A stretch of DNA of 64,000 nt from Podarcis filfolensis. Taxonomy: Eukaryota. The notes below the pieces were generated by a model that searched no databases, was not told where the DNA came from, and worked only from the letters and a program-made list of their open reading frames with translations. Shown here piece after piece: positions 24,679 to 36,049 of the stretch (its first letter is position 1; every line of letters starts with the position of its first letter). The DNA lies in NCBI GenBank assembly GCA_964270895.1, contig OZ185453.1, one strand, 5' to 3'. The translations under genes and the position numbers were made by a program.

Positions 24679-26132
24679 TTAAGTTGTTATTTTTATAATA
24701 TCCTCTGAAGGTCCCTACAGAGGCCCAAGTCCCATTTGAATTCTTATCAACAACTCCAGCACTGGGAATGTTGAGAAAAAGGAAAGCATTAAAAAAAAAT
24801 CAATTTGGGGCAGTTTCAGGATAGCCAAAAGGAAAATGGGAGGTATGTTGTTCAGCATTTTCAGAACTAAACAAATTAAGGACCTCCACCCCCTTTAAGG
24901 GGGAATCCTGCCAATGTGAAAGGGTATAGCAATTGATTGACCTCATTTGTGTACTCCAGCTCCACAGTTAACTAAGCGCTCACCCAATGGGAAGAAGCAA
25001 TTTATTTGAAGCAGGCCTTAACAACTTTGTGACCTGCCAAGCCAAACCCACCCCACTAACCTTGGGTTGTGATCTGCTCCAGGGCATCAACAAATCTCCT
25101 CATTTTACTGCCTGTCAAAGAAAGATGGTGAAATATGGAGTGAAACTTGTTAAACACCTGCCAGGCCGTAATGCATGTCTGATGGGTTGCATCCAGTTTG
25201 GTAGGTCACAAGTTTGGAACAATCAGGACACTGACATCATCGCTCAAGCACCCCTGTGATTTGTAGGTCTGCTGGAGGTGAGCAAGCTGGCGTTTAAATT
25301 CTTCAACTTCCAAGCATCCACAGATAATTTCAGAAATGCTTTTGTGCCCGTTAACTATTTGTGCAGTCTGTTAAGGACTTCATAAATGTGCAATGCTGTG
25401 CCAGATCTTAATGCATGAACCAGAAAACAAATGGGAAGGTGACAGTTTCACATGCTCTCCAACTTTCCCCAGTGTGATACAGTCAGCAGCGCCCAGAGGG
25501 GAGGTCAACAGCTTTCTTCCTGTGAAATACACAAGAGGTTCTGCTTTGACAGTTCAAAGGAAGGGTGTCCCTAGTGAGCGTGTGTTTTGCCTTGACTGAT
25601 AGAATTGCTACACAGACTTACTGACAGAACAGCTGCTAACGTGCTTGTCCAGGTTTGGGGGTGGGGGGGAGAGAATCCACATAGCTGATGGCATTGATGG
25701 CCAGAATCCAAAAAAAGTCACACGAGTTTTGCAGGCCCTGTGCAGCTTTGCATTTCTCAAACACCAGCCCAGCCATGCCACATAACAAAGCCGTTTTTAA
25801 AACTGAAGGGAGTTACTGCAGCCGTTTCATTTATTCATAGAATCATAGAATTTTAGAGTTGGAAGGGACCCCAAAGGTCATCTAGTCCAACTCCCTGCAA
25901 TGCAGGAATCTTACCTAAAGCATCCATGACAAATGGCCATCCAACCTCTGCTTAAAAACCTCCGAAGAAGGAGAGCCCACCACCTCCCAGGAAGAAAATT
26001 CTACTATTGAACAGCTCTTACTGCCAGAAAGTTCTAGATTCAGGTAGATAGCCGTGTTGGTCTGACGCAGTCGAAATAAAAAAAATAAAAATTGTCCAGT
26101 AGCACCTTAGAGACCAACTAAGTTTGTGCTGG

Positions 26133-26170
26133 GTATGAGCTTTCGTGTGCATACACACTTCTTCAGATAC
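26133..26170 (-). ncRNA. Minimal type I hammerhead ribozyme motif (intact core)
   Basis: Minus strand GUAU-CUGAAGA-A-GUGUGU-AU-GCACAC-GAAA-GC-UC-AUAC: core CUGANGA/GAAA/UH, 4-bp stem I, 6-bp stem II, palindromic AGCU stem III. Confidence 0.8.
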
Positions 26171-26366
26171 ACTGAAACAGAAGTTACCAGACCCTTATAT
26201 ACAGTGGGAGGGTGGGGTTTTTCTCAGGAGGGTAGTAGGAGATGGGTGATTGATTCGATGGGTATGGTAAATCTGTTGATGACTGTTAACGACTGCAATT
26301 AGTCCTACAGGAAAAAGCAAAGGATAGTATGCAGATGACCAGAAATAGCTTTAGCATATGTAATGT

Positions 26367-26765
26367 CACATACACCCCAACAATTCCATCACTGGACCCA
26401 ACAACATCAAACATACCATCTCAGGCCTATTTAACTGCTCATCTTCTAACATTGTGTATGCCATCAAATGCCAGCAGTGCCCTTCAGGTCTCTGTATTGG
26501 ACAAGCAGACCAAACCCTACGCCAAAGGATAAATGGACATAAATCTGACATCAGGAATCACAAGACAGAGAAGCCAGTAGGAGAACACTTTAATCTCCCA
26601 AGACATTCAATACAGGATCTCAAAGCAGCTATCTTATTACAAAAGAATTTCAGAAATAGACTTGAAAGAGAAGTTGCTGAATTACAACTTATTACTAAAC
26701 TGAAAACTATGGAAAGACCTGGTCTGAATAGAGATATTGGATTCTTGTCCCATTACATATGCTAA
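26367..26765 (+). pseudogene. C-terminal GIY-YIG endonuclease domain of the PLE ORF (truncated)
   Basis: Open frame HIHPNNSITGPNNIKHTISGLFNCSSSNIVYAIKCQQCPSGLCIGQADQTLRQRINGHKSDI...ELQLITKLKT...GLNRD. The YIG motif reads CIG, so it is probably inactive. No RT present. Confidence 0.88.
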
Positions 26766-26945
26766 AGCTATTTTTGGTCATCTGCATACTATCCCTTGCT
26801 TTTTCCTGTAGGACTAATTGCAGTCTTTAACAGTCATCAACAGGTTTACCAGACCCATTGAATCAATCACCCATCTCCTACTGCACTTCTGAGAAAAACC
26901 CCATCCTCCCACTATATAAAAGGGTCTGGTGACTTCTGTTTCAGT

Positions 26946-26983
26946 GTATCTGAAGAAGTGTGCATGCACATGAAAGCTTATAC
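26946..26983 (+). ncRNA. Minimal hammerhead ribozyme motif (mutated copy)
   Basis: GUAU-CUGAAGA-A-GUGUGC-AU-GCACAU-GAAA-GC-UU-AUAC. The closing pair of stem II is G-U and the cleavage triplet is CUU. Confidence 0.72.
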
Positions 26984-27267
26984 CCAGAACAAACTTAGTT
27001 GGTCTCTAAGGTGCTACTAAACAATTATTTTATTTGCCAGAAAGTTCTTCCCGATGTTTAGTTGAAATCTCCTTTCTTGTAACTTGAGGCCATTGGTTCA
27101 AGTCCTACTCTCCAGAGCAGGAGAAAACAAGCTTGCTCCCTCTCCCGTGTGACATCCCTCGAGATAGTTGAAGATGGCTGTTCTAGCTCCTCTCAGTCTC
27201 CCCTTTTCCAGGCTAAACATACCCAGCTCTTTCAGCTGCTCCTCATAAGGATTTCAGGGAGAGAATG

Positions 27268-27390
27268 TGTCTGGGTAGGCTAGGAGAGACCCTTGTCTGA
27301 AATGCTGAATAGTCATTGCCAATCAATGTGGACAATATTACTGGACCCCTGATCTGGCTCACTATAAGGCAGTTTCCTATGTTCTTATGT
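27268..27390 (+). mobile_element. 3' half of a Squam2-like SINE
   Basis: GGTAGGCTAGGGAGAGACCCTTGTCTGAAA...ACTATAAGGCAGTTTCCTATGTTCTTATG. Confidence 0.5.
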
Positions 27391-28845
27391 ACTGCTTCAT
27401 TTTCTTTTCCCCCAACCAACCAAAATCAACCATGCATGGGTATGTGGCACTGTTTCACATATATATCTTCTAGGAGTCGCTGGTTTCCTGTAATAGTCTT
27501 GCTAAATGTTCATAAGCAGAATGACTTTCGTAAGTGCTAAAATGCCTGCCTTAGCATTAGAGGTGATTTATTGCTTTTAATTTGCTTCAACTTCAAATGC
27601 CCTAAACTAAAATTGCCCTCCGTGGTAGAACTTAGCCTTTATTTTTAACGGTTTGGCAAATCATAGCATCTATAAACGTTAATGTACACCCTTCCTACTA
27701 GCCTGTAACACAGGCAAACCAACAGAGCATACCTCTTAATGTACACATATTTCCCTGCAGATCTATTAAAGGGGAGGAAAAAGCTTTCCTGAAAATAAGT
27801 AATTCAGAATTGCAAATACACACACACACACACACTATAACAGGATAGGGTAGGATCTGGCCAAATCTTAGGGTGCTGAATAAAGGACAGAAGGGGAGAC
27901 AGACTGACAAAAAATGTACCGGTATATATGCAAATGTATAAATAATTATTAAAATATGAATAGAAATACAACACATTTCACCTGTACACCTACTCAGACT
28001 GCTATCCAGGTGTTAAATGTTAAATGTTGTTGGGAAACTTAATGGCCCTGATCTCCCTTCCTGTGCTTCTTTATATCTAATTTGGACTTGGACTGGACAT
28101 CTTCTAATAGAGGATTGCCCTTTATAAAGTAGGGCACATGGAGATCCTCGCTTTTCACAGTGAGATGCAAGCACATTAATATTCCTGACCTATGTTGGTT
28201 GCAAATCCAACAGAGCCTGGAAGGTACAGCAAGTTTACATGGGTGGTCCCGGATTCAAAATGTTTGTGTTATATTGCCGTAGGGATGGACAAAAAGCATC
28301 CAGGTTAGCAGTAAAGTATTTCATTGAAGGTATTCAGGCATAGGGATCATTAATGAAACACATAGGGACCAACCCCAATATATACTTAACAATATAAGGA
28401 CTGCATTGCTGGATCAAACCAAAGGTCCACCTACTCCATCACCCTGTTTTCCACAATAGCCAACAAATACGCAAAAGCAGAACATGAAGGCAATGGTATT
28501 GGGTACCAGTGATATTGCCTCTGAACCAGGAGGATGAAAATAACCAGCATGAGCAGTAGCCATTGGCAGACAACTAGCACAAAGGACAATTTTGGATATC
28601 CATATTTTCTTTGGACGTTCATATTTTAAATATTACTTAGAATTACTCTCAGGTATCTCAAAAAAAATCATATTCAGTGTCGATATATTTATTTGGTCTT
28701 TCCCCTGTTCAACAGCAGGTTAGCTTAGGAGCTCATGCGTGTCATCTCCCATTCATGGTGCTATACAAACAGTCATGCAGACAAATAACAACTCAATTTA
28801 AACTCAGTCTTTCCAGGGCTATTGGGTTATGGTAGCTATTACTTA

Positions 28846-29274
28846 ATAATAATTAATTAAGTGAGAGCTGGACCATAAAGAAGGCTGATCACCGAAGAAT
28901 TGATGCTTTTGAATTATGGTGCTGGAAGAGACTCTTGAGAATCCCATGGACTGCAAGAAGATCAAACGTCTCTATTCTTAAGGAAATCAGCCCTGAGTGC
29001 TCACTGGAAGGACAGATCGTGAAGCTGAGGCTGCAATACTTTGGCCACCTCATGAGAAGAGAAGACTCCCTGGAAAAGACCCTGATGTTGGGAAAGATGG
29101 AGGGCACAAGGAGAAGGGGACGACAGAGGACGAGATGGTTGGACAGTGTTCTCGAAGCTACCAGCATGAGTTTGACCAAACTGCGGGAGGCAGTGGAAGA
29201 CAGGAGTGCCTGGCATGCTCTGGTCCATGGGGTCACAAAGAGTTGGACATGACTAAACGAATAAACAACAACAA
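28846..29274 (+). mobile_element. 5'-truncated BovB (RTE) LINE
   Basis: Peptide RIPWTARRSNVSILKEISPECSLEGQIVKLRLQYFGHLMRREDSLEKTLMLGKMEGTRRRGRQRTRWLD, the characteristic BovB 3' end, and a (CAA)n tail. 12-bp TSD AGCTATTACTTA at 28834-28845 and 29275-29286. Confidence 0.95.
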
Positions 29275-29351
29275 AGCTATTACTTAGTATATCTTGCAAT
29301 TAAGTTTGCAATTAACCATAGTTTCCTATGTCATCTGCACCAGGAAACCTC

Positions 29352-29734
29352 AAAGGTAAAGGATCCCTGGACGGTTAAGTCCAGTCAAAGGTGACAATGG
29401 GGTTGCGGCACTCATCTCGCTTTCAGGCCAAGGGAGCCAGTGTTTGTCTGCATGCAGCTTTCTGGGTCATGTGGCCAGCATGACTAAACCGCTTCTGGCG
29501 CAACAGGACACCTGTGATGGAAACCAGAGTGCATGGAAATGCTGTTTACCTTCCCACCACAGCAATACCTACAGTATTTATCTACTTGCACTTTGACATG
29601 CTTTCAAACAGCTAGGATGGCAGGAGCTGAGACAGAGCAACGGGAGCTCATTCTGTTGCGGGGATTCAAACCGCCGACCTTCCAATCAGCAAGCCCTAGG
29701 CTCAGTGGTTTAGACCACAGCGCCACCCGTGTCT
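29352..29734 (-). mobile_element. Sauria/Squam1 SINE, long variant
   Basis: Reverse complement of a full SINE. AGGAAACC at 29342-29349 and 29736-29743. Confidence 0.92.
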
Positions 29735-32700
29735 GAGGAAACCAAAGCCCACTTCAGTCCATGATTTGAAAGCCTTATGGTTCTGAACCTGGTCACCTTA
29801 GTCTCCTAGTTCACATGGAATTGGAGACTTTCACGTTTCATTCAGGTGCATCACAAAAGGAAGAGAGACCTGACAGTGTGCATGGGCCAAAGTTCTGTGC
29901 ATATCTCTGCTTTTTATTTTTATTTTATTAATAGTTTATTTCAGTGTTCTGCCCCCAGCCATAAATCTGCCATCTTCCACATCCTAACTTCTCCTTTCCT
30001 GCCAACAGCAACCAGCCCCTCCTATTCGTAAGTGCCTCAGATTGTTCCTTTCTCAACTTTTTACCTGCAGCCAATATTTCCCCAAACCTCCCACTCTGAT
30101 CCATTTGCTTTTTAAAAACTGTATTCTCAGGCCTCCTACTGGTTTGTGGTTTTTCCAGTTAATTTAGTCAAATGGTGTTAATTAGTGCAGCAATGAAGAA
30201 CAAACAAAATAGTCATTGCTAGTACACATTTCCCGTATTCCGACTCCTGCTGTTTCCCACACTGATGTTCAGTATAAAAATAATGCATATGTATACAGAG
30301 GAGCTGAAAGGATTCTCAATATCTCTGCAAAGCCAAACAATGAAATATTGAACAGCAGTCAAAATGAGAGTATATATCTTATGGCATTATATTGTAAAGT
30401 TTTTACAAAGAGGGTTTAGGATCTTCTCCTTATATTTTATGTACTTGCACCAGTCAGTTTGTGGGGGACAGTAGCCATCTCTCTTAACAACACAGAAATG
30501 GGATGGGGTGGGGCACCCAACTGCGATTGAGATGGTCAGCAGGAGAAACAAGGAGAGACAAAGGATTCTGCAGTGCTAGGAATTTCACATTAAATGCTTT
30601 TATTAAATCCTACATTCCATCTCCAGCTGTTTCCCACACTGACTTATAATTGTAAAAATAACTGATACTCATAAAGGAAACATGCAAGCAGTCTTTTTAT
30701 GTGTTCATAGATCCCAACAATACAGTTTCCCTCAATGAGCAGGACTGTACACTGTACCCCGCCTTCATGCTGAGAATAAAAGTAGAGAAATCAATCCAAT
30801 TCTTCTTCTTTTCTTTTTCTCTTTTCTTTTTCTTTAAAAGAAAAATAAAAATAGGAAGTTGTTGTTATGTTGGCCTGGAAAATGGGACAGATGAAACCAC
30901 ACCCCTATGCCCCCAAACCTAGAGTTGGAGCTTGTGGAGGGGAGTCATAAATTTGAGTGCTCTGCCCTAAGTAGGATCTCACCTGAAGCTACAATTATTA
31001 ATGGACCGGGTAAACCTTTCCTCCTTTACAGGGTCTCCTTAGATTCAAAACTAGCAGAAAGCTAGTCAGGATCTTCTGTGTCCATGCAGTTTAAATTGCC
31101 ACAGTCCATCAATGGACACATCTCCTATATCTTCAGAATCCCTCCTACGCAATACTTTTGAGTGGAGGAAATTCATTCATTCATCTATGAGTCATCAATG
31201 AGTCATCAATAAGTGATCAAGGATTGAGATGGTGCACTTGATAGATGAACTGTGCTGGAGAAGGTCTCTGTGCCTCTGTTGAATCCTTTTCCCTCAAGAA
31301 TGAAATTCCCCTAAACTGACTCAACAAAATGTTTCTTAACCTGCTGTTAAGAGACTTCCGGTGATGAAGATTCCATCATGAACTCTTGGTTCCCATCATG
31401 TATGCTCAAGAAGAAAGCTGTTTCTAACATCTACCCTAAACCACACTGAGGTTTTTAATTACCAAGTGGTATATAAATTTCATGAAACAAACAGGCAAGC
31501 CAACTTTTTGAGTTGCAAGTAGAACTGATAGGGTTTTTTAATAATAAAAATTCATCTTGATGCCAACAGTCACGAAGAACCAGTGATCCCTATATTCCTT
31601 AAGACAAATTCATTCACTTGAAAATAGTTATCTAATCCCCCTCTTCTTCAAGCTAAAGCCACCAAGGATGAAGGGAGCTGGTAATTGAACAAAAGATGTG
31701 AATGATCCCCATCTCTGCCCCAAGGCATGGGATAAACCACAATCCCATAAAGGACTAAGTAGAATCAGACTTCGTTGAGTCTGACTTCCACAAGCACAAT
31801 GCATCTTCCCCTGACCCCAATACACCCCTGCATTTGGGGAAAATCCAGAGCAGATTGGGGGGGCACAGGGAGAGAAGAGACAGACATTCCAGTGTCCTCA
31901 CAGTTCTGTGCATGCAATGATTTAGTTAGTTATAGCCCTCAAAAAAACCCTTTTACAGAGTAACCCTAACTACATCTATTCAGAGATAAGTCCTACTGAA
32001 TTCAGAGGGGACTTACTCCTGCGTAAACAGGGTTAGGATTACAGCCCCAATTATCTATTTTCTTGGTTGCAAGCCTGTGCTCATTACTGTTAGGAACAAG
32101 GGTAAGCATTAATTCCCCGCTTTTAACCCAAACTAGCTACAGTAAAGAACTCCTTCCTGTCATCTTTTATCATCAACTTCACACTACTTAGGAGAGTTCT
32201 TTTGTTGGCAGTGGTGTAATGTACTGTAGATATCTGCAGTCAAGCTTTTCACACTTTTGCAACTAAAATGAGCGCTCCAGGGGGTGGGGTGTGCTCGTCT
32301 TCCTCTGAACCTGTTTACTTTCGGCTTCATATATTAGATGGATGAGATAGGAAATGAATTCCCTGCACGGAAGGAATATCAGTACGAAAGCGCTACCCTC
32401 TCAGGCTGCGTTCCGAAAGTAATGATCAGAGTGGCTGAAAGCTCCTTTCATCAGAAGCCCCAAATCACAGGGCCTGATAGGTTTTCAGTGGTAACTTAAT
32501 TCCTAATGAAGTGAAGTTTAGCTTGGTGAGTTTTTGACACAGCTGGACACCGGTAGCAATTCTTTGGCTTCCAAAGCTTTAGCTGAAGAAAGGAAGGGGG
32601 GCTTAAATGAGTCTCAGCAGTCTGTTCTTCTCAGACAGTGCTGAAATCTCACAGGGTCACATAACAAAGAGGAGGCTTCATTCGTGTTCCCAGGCTACAT

Positions 32701-33351
32701 CAGAGTGCCACCACACAATCTGCCACACATTATTAGCCTCGTCTTAGAAGATGCCCAAGAGGAGACTCAAACAGCTGGACAAGTCAAGGTTGAGTCATGT
32801 TCCCGCAGTTATGAGAGGCAGTTTACACCATAATGGGATATAATTGCCCTTCAAAGATGGCTCACTGCAACCAAAGTTACCCTTTGGGCAAAGGGGGATG
32901 GCCAGTCCACCAAGTTTCAGGCAGAAGCGAGTTCTACGCCTTTCCTGGCCAGCCCAGGACAAAGTTTCCCCGATGAAATGGGCAGCGTTGTCGAGACAGT
33001 TCCTCAAAAGCTTTGTCTTCAGTTGACACAACTAGAGCTCATTGGGTCAGAAGTACTCACTCACTTAGCTTTCATTTTCTCTCTCTCTCAGCCCCATTTA
33101 TAACCCTCTTTCTCTCCTTATGCTAGACTATTCTATCCCATGTGCTTGCAAAAATGGCTGATGACCTCATAATACCCTTGCTACCTGCTACCCACACAAC
33201 ATGATACCTGCATAAAATGTATTTGTAAGCATTTGCCAATGCCGTGATCCCATTGTGGTGGCCCTAAAGTCAACTGGATACTTTTAAGTGACAAATATTG
33301 ATTGAATTGCGTGCTAGATTTCCTTGTGATCTTTTATATTAATAACCTGTG

Positions 33352-33353
<2 letters not shown>

Positions 33354-33393
<40 letters not shown>
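33354..33393. repeat. (TAA)n microsatellite
   Basis: Perfect trinucleotide run. Confidence 0.97.
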
Positions 33394-33394
<1 letters not shown>

Positions 33395-34072
33395 CACATA
33401 TGCAGCATACTCTCCAAAATTCCTCAGATGAATATAGGGACATTTCTCACTCCCCTCCAAATAACCCTCCTTGACCCCCCATTTTTATCCCCTGCCCCAC
33501 AGAGCTTTTCCGGTCTGAAGAAGGATGAGTGGTATCACCCCTACACCAACAGGACACAGGCCCTCCATCATCTTGAGAAAATCCCTAAATCCCAATTTTA
33601 TTTAATTTTATTCTTTGGTAGATTTGCAAAAAGGAAAACACACACCAATAAATAAATTTTAGAAAGGGGCAAAATTAGATGTGGACACACAAAGCATTTT
33701 AAAAAATAAATAAATCCAGACTTCTTGTGCTCTGCTATCCCTTTCTTACTGCCTAGGGTGGTCCTGCCCTCTGACTGCCCCTCAGAGCCAGAACATCATG
33801 CAAGGCTGCGTCTTGGTGGCGACAACTTCTCCTCTTCCTCACCTGCTCTCCACCAGCTACTACAGACTGCCCAAGGGAGGAAGTTATAAACCAAAAAATA
33901 AATAAAAATTCCCCTGCGTTGCAAAACAGAACAATCTGAACAACATCAAACAACATGTAGGCTAATAATATATTGACAAAATTTATGTAACACTATCAAA
34001 CTGTTTCAAAATTCATAAACAGAAGACATGTAATATGTGCAGGGAGTCACAAACTAATAAGAGTCAAGTAAC

Positions 34073-34350
34073 TAGCACCAAGACCCAGCGCCGAGGGCCT
34101 TCTGGCGGTTCCCTCATTGCGAGAAGTGAGGTTACAGGGAACCATACAGAGGGCCTTCTTGGTAGTGGTGCCTGCTCTCCCATCAGATGTCAAGGAAATA
34201 AGCAGCTATCCTATTTTTAAAAGACATCTGAAGGCAGCCCTGTTTAGGGAAGTTTTCAATATTTAATGCTGTATTGTTTTTAACACTCGATTGGGAGCCG
34301 CCCAGAGTGGCTGGGGAAACTCAGCCAGATGGGCAGGGTATAAATAATAA

Positions 34351-34401
<51 letters not shown>
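34073..34401 (+). mobile_element. L2-clade LINE 3' end with (ATT)n tail (34351-34401)
   Basis: GGGAGCCGCCCAGAGTGG...GGGCAGGGTATAAAT followed by the microsatellite. Homologous to 10611-10950. Confidence 0.78.
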
Positions 34402-34402
<1 letters not shown>

Positions 34403-34538
34403 CATAAGCAGAATGATTAGAATGGTATGTCACTATAAAGAACCATTGAAATTGAGGCTGAACGCCTTTCCACAGTAAATATCATATCCAAAATGTTGTC
34501 AAGAATGAGCTGGAGCACAGTGGAGCTATAGGAACAGC

Positions 34539-34858
34539 CAAGGGCAGAGGAAGGGGGGTGCGTGGGTGCAGGTCGCCCTGGGTGTCACCACTGAGGGGGG
34601 GTGACAAAATGCCAGGCAGCACTCACTGTGGGGTCTGCAGTGCACCTGAGCCACACGTCTCTCCAGGGAGAGATGCGGTGACTTAGGCGTGTGCAGGCTC
34701 CGCGCTGCCCAAATGATCCGCCCGCTGCCCACCCCCACCCCGGCTGTAGGGCGGCTGAGTAGAAGGAAGCAGGCAGACTCTGGAGGCCCCATGGTGCGCC
34801 CCGCCCCTATGGGCCGCTCGCCCTGCCCCTGGCACCCGAGCTGCTTCCTCCGCTGCTG
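34539..34858. mobile_element. GC-rich hAT-type MITE
   Basis: Ends CAAGGGCAGAGGAAG / CTTCCTCCGCTGCTG. 8-bp flanks GGAACAGC (34531-34538) and AGAACAGC (34859-34866). Confidence 0.78.
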
Positions 34859-35227
34859 AGAACAGCAACACAGAAGTAAGATGGTAGGTGCTCCAGACGT
34901 TACAAAAGGGTGTTCCGAGCACAGCAGCAGAGAGAACAGTTCTTCCGGGATAATGAACTGTTTCAATGCTAATTCTTCATCAGCTGGAAAGAATATAAAA
35001 TTCAACCCGTTGCATTCAAATACAATACAGAGATTGAAACAACAGGCCTGCATATAAACAACCAATAATAAATACATAGCAAATTAATTGCCCCCAAAGG
35101 TACATCAAATAGTCAAGGGAGGAGGTTGGCAGTGGCAGCCATATGCAGGCAACAGGATTTGCCCTCACAGCTGCCACTCAGGACAAGCACCAGCACATCC
35201 TCCTCCCCAAGCTCGGAGGGGGACATA

Positions 35228-35313
35228 GGGACATTCCTGGATCAAATCAGAAGCTGGGGTGGCTTGTGTAATTCTGGGACTGTCCTTGGAAAATAGGGAC
35301 ACTTGGAGGGTAT
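35228..35313 (+). mobile_element. Partial CATACCCTCCAA-family element
   Basis: GGGACATTCCTGGATCAAATCAGAA...GAAAATAGGGACACTTGGAGGGT matches 4330-4423. Confidence 0.65.
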
Positions 35314-35647
35314 ATGTGCAGTAATGCATGCATGTGGAAGGGGCCGGTTAAGTCAGAAGTCGGAGAATTCTGCACATGCAGGAGCCTGCATGGGAAGAGG
35401 AAGGAAGGATATGGCAAGGAAATAAATGAACCATCACATTTTTGTTATACTTTCTCAATTGTAAGCATAATTATAATGTAATGCCTTCATGTTGAATGTG
35501 TTATTCTTTGCTTTATATTTAACCATTGCAAGCTTCTGCTGAGTGCTGCATAGCAGACAGGCAGCCTTTAAAAAAGGGGGGAGCAAAATCAGTGAATGAA
35601 TCAGGAAATCCAGTATACAGGTCGTATCTGTCCTTTGCTGTGAACTC

Positions 35648-36026
35648 TTTTTTTTTAATAAATATTTTATTAGTTTTTCAACATATCATTTTCAACAATA
35701 ATTAAACATGCTTTTACATCTTATACAGTTTTTTTGACTTCCATCAATCACATCAATTTACATTTCTTATTTTAACTATTACTTTTAAATCTCATAACTA
35801 GTATCTCTCTTCTTTCTCTTCTTTGCAATATTTCATATGTTTCTCCCTACAAAACTTCTTGTAGTCCTACTAGCGTAATTTGTTGATTACAGTTGCTCTT
35901 CAGATAATTCATATATTTCTTCCAATCTTCTGTAAACCTCTGGTCCCACAGGTTTCAAATCCTTCCTGTCATTTTATCCAATTCTGTGTAGTCCATTAAT
36001 TTTGTCTGCCGTTCTTCTTTCTTCAG
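35648..36026 (-). mobile_element. 5'-truncated L1 LINE
   Basis: Poly-T at the left end. The minus strand encodes EERQTKLMDYTELDKMTGRI*NLWDQRFTEDWKKYMNYLKS (L1 ORF2 end). 11-bp TSD GCTGTGAACTC at 35637-35647 and 36027-36037. Confidence 0.85.
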
Positions 36027-36049
36027 GCTGTGAACTCAGTAAGGTCCTT

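Larger units (their letters stand above)
26036..27034 (+). mobile_element. 5'-truncated Penelope-like retroelement (PLE) with inverted pseudo-LTRs
   Basis: GIY-YIG remnant, ~275-bp inverted repeats (26093-26365 vs 26751-27023), hammerhead motifs, and a 14-bp flanking duplication TGCCAGAAAGTTCT at 26022-26035 and 27035-27048. Confidence 0.92.
25836..27256 (-). mobile_element. CR1 LINE 3' fragment split by a Penelope-like insertion (25836-26035 and 27049-27256)
   Basis: The (ATTCTATG)-type tail appears as TCATAGAATCATAGAAT. Both halves are collinear with the reverse complement of the CR1 at 44278-44768. Confidence 0.9.

Noticed and set aside
33302-33655. 117-aa ORF with a poly-Ile run
   Set aside because: Produced by the (TAA)n microsatellite.
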